A stretch of 41,932 bases of DNA, from assembly GCA_943331195.2 (NCBI GenBank), contig CALQKQ020000001.1, forward strand, positions 1 to 41,932, written 5' to 3'. The stretch is from Akkermansia muciniphila (lineage in GTDB: Bacteria; Verrucomicrobiota; Verrucomicrobiia; Verrucomicrobiales; V1-33). The translations under genes were made by a program, and so were the position numbers. The notes under the pieces are model-generated. The model ran no database searches, was not told the DNA's origin, and saw only the letters and a list, made by a program, of their open reading frames with translations. This document shows positions 36,285 through 41,932 of this stretch, one piece after another (positions within the stretch are counted from its first letter, which is position 1; each line of letters begins with the position of its first letter).

Positions 36285-38702
36285 ATGAAACCAACTCTCA
36301 TCCTCTCGCTCGCTGCCTTCCCTGCCTTGCTGCACGCGGCCCCGGCCAAGCCCGCCTTCGCCAGCCACCGCCTCACCGCGGAAACCGTCGGGCACAGCGT
36401 GGAAATCAAAGCCGATCTCACCGGCGCGAAAAAGCTCTATCTCGTGGTCAGCGACGGCGGCGATGGCTTGGTGGCCGACTGGACGAACTGGGTCAATCCG
36501 ACGCTGAAGGGCTCCTACGGTTCCCGCTCCCTGACGGAACTCAAGCCGGTGAAGGTGGAAACGGGCTGGGGTCAAGTGGGCCTCAACCGCAACGCCAATG
36601 GCCAGCCGATGTCGATCAGCGGCAAAACGGGCGGGTTAGGCTTCGGGGTTCACGCCCCCTCGGTGCTGGAATTTGACCTCCCTGAGGGGACTTCCTCCTT
36701 CGAAGCCCTCGGCGCGCTCGACGATGGCGGGGTGAGCCAAAATGCGGGCTCCACCGTGGAATTCAAAGTCTACACCCAAGCGCCTCCCGCTTCCGCGAAG
36801 CCCAACGGCGGCGGCGGACTCGATCCCGATGCTGCCCTGGCGGGCCTCACGCCGGGGGATGGCCTCCAAGTCGATACCTTCGCGGCGGAGCCGATGCTGC
36901 TGAGCCCGTCTTCCATCGACGTCGACCACCTCGGCCGGGTTTATGTGGCGGAAATCGTCAACTACCGCGGCCACGCCGGCAAACGCCCGTCCGGCGATCG
37001 CATCCTCGTCCTTGAAGATACCAATAAAGACGGCCAGGCCGACAAACAGAGCGTCTTTTTTGAAAGCCCGGACATCATCTCGCCCCACGGCGTCACTGTG
37101 TTAGGCAACAAAGTCATCGTCTCTGCGAGCGGCAAGGTTTTTGTCCTCACGGACGACAACGGCGACCTCAAGGCCGACCGCAGCGAAGTCCTCTTCAGCG
37201 GGATTCACGGCGCGCAGCACGACCACAGCATCCACGCCTTCCACTTCGGTCCCGACGGAAAATACTACTTTAACTTCGGCAACGAAGGCACCGAGCTGAA
37301 GGACAAAGACGGCAAGCCAGTCGTCGACCAAGTCGGCAACACCATCACCGGCTCGGGCCATCCCTACCGCCAAGGCATGATCTTCCGCTGCGACCCGGAC
37401 GGCAGCCACGTGGAAACGCTAGCTTGGAATTTCCGCAACAATTGGGAAGTGGCCGTCGACAGCTTTGGTGCCCTTTGGCAAAGCGACAACGACGACGACG
37501 GCAATCAGTCGGTGCGCATCAACTTCGTCATGCCCTATGGCAACTACGGCTACACCGACGAACTCACCGGTGCCGGTTGGTCCAAGGGCGACGCCAAGAC
37601 CAAAGAAGAAGTCATCAGCCGCCACTGGCACCTGAGCGACCCCGGAGTGGTCCCCAATCTGCTCAACACCGGCGGCGGCAGCCCCACCGGCATCTTGGTC
37701 TATGAAGGCGACCTCCTCCCCCCCGTTTTCCGGAACCAAATCATCCACTGCGACGCCGGTCCCAACATCGTGCGCGCTTACCCCGTGACTCCCCATGGAG
37801 CCGGCTACTCCGCCGAATCTGTCAGGATCCTTGAAGGCACCAGCGACAAGTGGTTCCGCCCCTCCGATGTCAACGTGGCCCCGGACGGCTCCCTCATCGT
37901 GGCCGATTGGTATGATCCCGGTGTCGGCGGCCACGCCATGGGCGACCTCGACCACGGCCGCCTCTACCGGGTTACCCCCACGGGCCACCAGGGTTATACC
38001 AACCCCACCTTCGACCTCACCACTGCGGAGGGTGCCGCAGCCGCGCTGTCCAATCCTAACGAGGCCACGCGCTATCTGGGCTACACCGCCCTCAAAGCCA
38101 TGGGCGAAAAAGCGGCTCCGGCCCTGCAAGCGCTCGCCGCCCAGGCCAACCCGCGCCTCCAAGCCCGCGCCCTCTGGCTGCTCGCGCAGTTGCCCGGCAA
38201 AGCCGAAGCCACCGTACAAGCCGCCCTCGGCAGCAAGAATGCCGACCTCCGCGCCATGGGCCTCCGCCTCGGATTGGAGCACGGCATGGACGCCGCCCAA
38301 CTGGTCGCCAAACTGGTCAAAGACCCCTCCGCGGCGGTGCGCCGCGAGGCCGCCATCGCCCTCCGCTTCAGCAAAGCCCCCCAAGCCCCCGCCCTCTGGG
38401 CCGCCCTCGCCCAGCAACACGACGGCCAGGACCGCTGGTATCTCGAAGCCCTCGGCATCGGCGCCGCCCTGCAGTGGGACGCCTGCCTCGACGCCTATCT
38501 CCAGGCCGTGCCCCATCCCGAAACCACCCCAAGCGGGCGCGACGTGATCTGGCGCAGCCGGGCCAAAGCCAGCGCCGCCCTCCTCGCCAAAATCGTCAAA
38601 GACGCCTCCCTCCCCGAGGCCGAAAAAGACCGCTACATGCGCGCCTTCGACTACCAACCCACTGCCGAAAAAGACCGGGCCCTCGAAAGCCTTCTCCAGT
38701 AA
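36285..38702 (+). CDS. NPCBM-like domain + PVC membrane-bound-dehydrogenase-like beta-propeller + HEAT repeats (no cytochrome c domain)
   Basis: Signal MKPTLILSLAAFPALLHA. The NPCBM/NEW2-like segment is KKLYLVVSDGGDGLVADWTNWVNPTL...GWGQVGLNRNANGQPMSISGKT...GFGVHAPSVLEFDL...STVEFKVY. The propeller start LQVDTFAAEPMLLSPSSIDVDHLGRVYVAEIVNYRGH is paralogous to the 2469-5054 gene. HEAT-like repeats follow (ANPRLQARALWLL, DPSAAVRREAAIALR). The gene ends without CxxCH. Confidence 0.8.
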   Translation: MKPTLILSLAAFPALLHAAPAKPAFASHRLTAETVGHSVEIKADLTGAKKLYLVVSDGGDGLVADWTNWVNPTLKGSYGSRSLTELKPVKVETGWGQVGLNRNANGQPMSISGKTGGLGFGVHAPSVLEFDLPEGTSSFEALGALDDGGVSQNAGSTVEFKVYTQAPPASAKPNGGGGLDPDAALAGLTPGDGLQVDTFAAEPMLLSPSSIDVDHLGRVYVAEIVNYRGHAGKRPSGDRILVLEDTNKDGQADKQSVFFESPDIISPHGVTVLGNKVIVSASGKVFVLTDDNGDLKADRSEVLFSGIHGAQHDHSIHAFHFGPDGKYYFNFGNEGTELKDKDGKPVVDQVGNTITGSGHPYRQGMIFRCDPDGSHVETLAWNFRNNWEVAVDSFGALWQSDNDDDGNQSVRINFVMPYGNYGYTDELTGAGWSKGDAKTKEEVISRHWHLSDPGVVPNLLNTGGGSPTGILVYEGDLLPPVFRNQIIHCDAGPNIVRAYPVTPHGAGYSAESVRILEGTSDKWFRPSDVNVAPDGSLIVADWYDPGVGGHAMGDLDHGRLYRVTPTGHQGYTNPTFDLTTAEGAAAALSNPNEATRYLGYTALKAMGEKAAPALQALAAQANPRLQARALWLLAQLPGKAEATVQAALGSKNADLRAMGLRLGLEHGMDAAQLVAKLVKDPSAAVRREAAIALRFSKAPQAPALWAALAQQHDGQDRWYLEALGIGAALQWDACLDAYLQAVPHPETTPSGRDVIWRSRAKASAALLAKIVKDASLPEAEKDRYMRAFDYQPTAEKDRALESLLQ

Positions 38703-38847
38703 ACCCCCTCCCTCAACCCCCGCTGCCTTTGCCACCGGCAAGGCGGCGGGGCCGGGGGACGCTGTCCTAGCATAGGCCTCCGCGCCGCCCCCAGCGCATC
38801 GGAAAGTCACCTTCCGATGGAGTTTCTAACAATTCTTCGGCGGCGCC

Positions 38848-40047
38848 TTAGGCGGCCGCGTCCTGAGGCGCGCGCTCCTTGACCAGCATCAAGGAGGCGA
38901 TCAGGATGAGAACTGCCGAGCCCGCCGCAGTGGGGCCGACCCCAAAACGGGCCGCGCAGGCGAAGGCCGCGAAGGGCGCAATCAGGCCGCGCGCGCCGGT
39001 GAGAAACGTGTGCACCGCCATGTAATCGGTGACCCGCTCCGGCGGTGCCACCTTGGTGACCCACAGGCTCCAGGCCAGATCCGCTCCCGCATTGGCGATC
39101 CCAAATAAAATAGCCCCCGCCCAAAGGCCCAAGGATCCGCCGCCCGTGAAAAAGGAGAGGATTCCTAGCATGAAGCCGGTGTTAAGGAGGATGCGCAGGG
39201 TAAAGAAAGGCATGCGGTCAAAGAGGCGGCCCCACCCCCGGGTGCACAGCAAGCGCGCGGCGTTAGGGATGATGGTGGTGAAGAGGGCGATGTCGGTGGC
39301 GGCGAGGTGCAGGCCGTAGCGCTCGTTGGCGAGGTATTCCACGCGGAGGGGAAACATCACGAGATTGCCAAATCCCATGAACATCCAGCTGATCAGGGTA
39401 AGGCGGAAGAGCCGATCCTGCCGCACCCAGCGGAACGCCCGCAGGGGATGGCGCCCCGCGCTGCCCACCAGGGGCACCGCAGGCAACTGCCAAACGCAGA
39501 TCGCATTGAGCAGCAGGGCCACGCCATAGACCGCGAGAATGCCGCGGAAGTTAGCGGGATCCGCCTGGAGCACCCGGCCCGCGACCCACGCGAAGGAAAC
39601 GCTAGCAAGGATCCGGACGACGATGTTGCGGGAGAACAGGTCGCCGCGGCACTCCGCGCGGTAATTTTCGCTGTAAATCGTCGCCATGAAGGGAGCGGTG
39701 GCCGCGACGCAGAGAAAGCCCAGGCCCGCCCCACTCAAAAAAACAGTTAGATCGGGGACGAGGGCCGCGAGGAGCAGTCCGAGGGCACCGAGCCCGAAGA
39801 GGGCGGCGGCGGCGCGCTGGGCGTGCCAGCCCAGGGCGGCAGCCGCACTCACTAACAAGGGCGTGAGGAGCAAGCCGGCGCTGGAGGCCCCTTGGAGCAG
39901 TCCTTTTTGAAGGGGGTCGGCGCGAAACCAGCGCTCCGCGATGAGGAGGAGAAAGGTGACTTGGGCGGTTTCCAAGACGCCGCCAGCGAGGGCGCGCCAC
40001 CGTTCCAGGCGGAAAGTAGCGCGTTCGCGGGCGAGGATGGAAAGCAT
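38848..40047 (-). CDS. MFS transporter
   Basis: 399 aa with about 12 hydrophobic helices and the basic loop pattern typical of MFS. Substrate unknown. Confidence 0.82.
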   Translation of the reverse strand: MLSILARERATFRLERWRALAGGVLETAQVTFLLLIAERWFRADPLQKGLLQGASSAGLLLTPLLVSAAAALGWHAQRAAAALFGLGALGLLLAALVPDLTVFLSGAGLGFLCVAATAPFMATIYSENYRAECRGDLFSRNIVVRILASVSFAWVAGRVLQADPANFRGILAVYGVALLLNAICVWQLPAVPLVGSAGRHPLRAFRWVRQDRLFRLTLISWMFMGFGNLVMFPLRVEYLANERYGLHLAATDIALFTTIIPNAARLLCTRGWGRLFDRMPFFTLRILLNTGFMLGILSFFTGGGSLGLWAGAILFGIANAGADLAWSLWVTKVAPPERVTDYMAVHTFLTGARGLIAPFAAFACAARFGVGPTAAGSAVLILIASLMLVKERAPQDAAA

Positions 40048-40166
40048 GGGAAGTTGTCATCTTCGCGCCAGGGGGTGGGCGCTGCACGGGGAAAAATCGG
40101 GTGCCCCCCGCGCGTTAGGGCTGCCATCTCGACTTGCCACGGGGTCGGGCTTGGCGATGATGGGCC

Positions 40167-40451
40167 ATGATCGCGCGACGGGTATTTTACAGTGGAAGAG
40201 TGCAGGGGGTGGGGTTTCGCTATGCGGTGAAGCAGTTAGCGGCGGGCTACGAGGTGTCCGGCTGGGTCAAGAACTTGCCGGACGGGCGGGTGGAGTTGTT
40301 GGCGCTGTCCCGGGAGGCGGAGGAGTTGCAGGCCTTTCTGGAGGAATTGCGGGAGAACTCGGCGGTGGCCCACCACATCAAAGAAGTGCAGGAGGAAGTG
40401 GTCTCGCCCGCCCCGCTGGGGATCACGGGCTTTTCCATAACAAAAGATTGA
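40167..40451 (+). CDS. acyP: Acylphosphatase
   Basis: 94 aa. [21 protein letters not shown]...[15 protein letters not shown] is the acylphosphatase signature. Confidence 0.9.
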   Translation: MIARRVFYSGRVQGVGFRYAVKQLAAGYEVSGWVKNLPDGRVELLALSREAEELQAFLEELRENSAVAHHIKEVQEEVVSPAPLGITGFSITKD

Positions 40452-40481
40452 TCCTGGCGGCGGATGGGCGAGAAGTAGCGC

Positions 40482-41537
40482 ATGGAACTCCTCAGCCTGC
40501 GCCAAATCCGGCAAGCCGCCTCCGATACCCCCATCGCGGCGGCAGTCCACGTGCAGGTGGAGCGGGCCCAATTGAAGCCTACCAAGAGCGGCTCGGAGTT
40601 TTTAGAGCTGAAACTCACCGATGCCACCGACCACGTGGTGCTGCGGGTTTGGGGCGACGCCCCAGCCTTCGCCCAAGCGCGGGCCTTGGGCGCCGGGGCC
40701 TTCATTGAAGTCCAGGGCGACTGGGCCACTAGCACCTATGGCCTGGAGCCGCGGCAGTGGAGCCTGCGCGGACTTGAAGCAGAAGAGCGCATGGCTTTGC
40801 TCGGGGGACCAGAGGATCTCCGCGTCAAGCAAGCGCGCGACTATGCCAACATCGTCGGCCTCATCGACGGCCTAACCGACCCCCGGCTGCGCGGACTGGG
40901 TCGCTTGTTTTTGGAAGAACACGGCGAGCGCTTCCGCCGCACCGGCGCCGCCCGAGAATACCACCACGCGCGCCGCGGCGGCTTGGTGGAACACGTCGCC
41001 CAAATGATGCGAGCGGCGGTGGCTTTGGCCCGCGTTTACCCTGACATCAATGTGGACCTGCTCGTCAGCGGGGTCCTCTTTCACGACTGCGGAAAGCTTT
41101 GGGAAAATTGCTATGAGCGCGAGGGCTTCACCATGCCCTACTCAGAACACGGCGAGCTGATGGGGCACATTCCTCTGGGGATTGAGCTCGTAAACCGCCT
41201 CTGGCGGCGGCTCCTCGAGGTGGACCCCTCCGCCGCTGCGCCCGAGGCGATGCCCCCAGCGGAGAGCGTGCGCCTGCACTTACTGCACCTCATTGGGGCC
41301 CACCACGGAGAGCACCAATTCGGCTCCCCCGTGCTGCCGCGGACGCCTGAGGCGATTTTGCTGCACCACGTCGACAATATCGATGCCAAGTTAGAGATGC
41401 TGGCGGAGACCTATGCGACGGCCCCGCTGCTGGCGCCGCAGGTGTTTGAGCGGCGGCGGCCCATGCCGGGGAATCCGGTGCGGCCATTGCCGGGCTATGC
41501 AGGGCCTGCGGAGGCCGGGGCGGCGGAGGAGAGCTGA
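40482..41537 (+). CDS. OB-fold + HD-domain phosphohydrolase (3'-5' exoribonuclease YhaM-like family)
   Basis: N-terminal OB fold (VERAQLKPTKSGSEFLELKLTDATDHVVLRVWGD...FIEVQGDW). HD region is YHHARRGGLVEHVAQMM...GVLFHDCGKLWE...GAHHGEHQFGSP. Confidence 0.85.
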   Translation: MELLSLRQIRQAASDTPIAAAVHVQVERAQLKPTKSGSEFLELKLTDATDHVVLRVWGDAPAFAQARALGAGAFIEVQGDWATSTYGLEPRQWSLRGLEAEERMALLGGPEDLRVKQARDYANIVGLIDGLTDPRLRGLGRLFLEEHGERFRRTGAAREYHHARRGGLVEHVAQMMRAAVALARVYPDINVDLLVSGVLFHDCGKLWENCYEREGFTMPYSEHGELMGHIPLGIELVNRLWRRLLEVDPSAAAPEAMPPAESVRLHLLHLIGAHHGEHQFGSPVLPRTPEAILLHHVDNIDAKLEMLAETYATAPLLAPQVFERRRPMPGNPVRPLPGYAGPAEAGAAEES

Positions 41538-41557
41538 AGGCTGGGGCAGACGCCGCG

Positions 41558-41932
41558 TCAGGCCGCCGAGGCCAAGGCCGCCGCGCAGGCTTCAACGCAC
41601 TCCCTAACGAGGCGCGGGCCGCGGTAGATCAAGCCGGAATAGAGTTGCACCAGGGTGGCTCCCGCCTGCAGCTTGGCCGCAGCGTCGGCTCCGCTCATGG
41701 TGCCGCCAACGCCAATGATGGGAAGGGCGCCGTCGAGGTCGCGGGCTAAGCCAGCGATGAAAGCCGTGGCGCGTTCCGTTAGAGGGGCGCCGCTGAGGCC
41801 GCCCGCTTCGTTGCTGTGAGGCAGGCCTTCGGTGTGGGTGCGGCTGAGGGTGGTGTTGGTGGCGATGACGCCTTCCAGGCGCTCTTCCGCGAAGATCTGC
41901 GCCAGGCGGCGGCGGTGCTCGGGCTCGAGGTC
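41558..41932 (-). CDS. pyrD: Dihydroorotate dehydrogenase (quinone-type), C-terminal 124 codons (5' end outside the window)
   Basis: Absent from the track because it is edge-truncated. The reverse strand reads ...[95 protein letters not shown]...*. The stop is at 41558-41560. Confidence 0.85.
   Translation of the reverse strand, partial: DLEPEHRRRLAQIFAEERLEGVIATNTTLSRTHTEGLPHSNEAGGLSGAPLTERATAFIAGLARDLDGALPIIGVGGTMSGADAAAKLQAGATLVQLYSGLIYRGPRLVRECVEACAAALASAA

Overview
High-GC (roughly two-thirds G+C by eye) chromosomal segment, most likely from a PVC-superphylum bacterium, Verrucomicrobiota-like. The taxon guess rests on two PVC-type membrane-bound-dehydrogenase/HEAT proteins (one with the C-terminal CxxCH heme domain), a giant FG-GAP/ASPIC protein and a PQQ-like propeller starting WPQWRGP. 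I did not recognise a canonical defence island, CRISPR array, tRNA or rRNA. Gene content is mostly housekeeping: hisG, argS, thyA-folA, rfbA, class I DAHP synthase, cfa-like methyltransferase, Fpg/MutM, RluE-like pseudouridine synthase, Obg, acylphosphatase, YhaM-like OB-HD protein and a partial pyrD. These are interspersed with envelope and secreted proteins, two sensor kinases, an MFS transporter and a decayed IS256-family transposase. Many long ORFs in the track are antisense shadow ORFs typical of high-GC DNA and are not called. Three genes are absent from the track: two edge-truncated CDS (1-459, 41558-41932) and a 34-codon bS22-like basic protein (29590-29694). The most interesting signals are not genes. 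(1) Strand composition and synonymous codon choice switch polarity abruptly, exactly at the only long non-coding stretch (30685-31219). This suggests a replication origin or an inversion breakpoint. (2) GTAG-headed REP/REPIN-like palindromes occur in a tandem/inverted cluster (6112-6252) and carry a compensatory stem change. (3) An intrinsic-terminator-like hairpin sits in the DAHP synthase leader, with a 9-codon uORF ending in its loop. (4) A tightly packed secreted-EEP / beta-propeller / extended-PrsW operon lies downstream of an orphan discoidin-domain kinase. All family calls come from motif recognition by eye; no searches or folding computations were possible.
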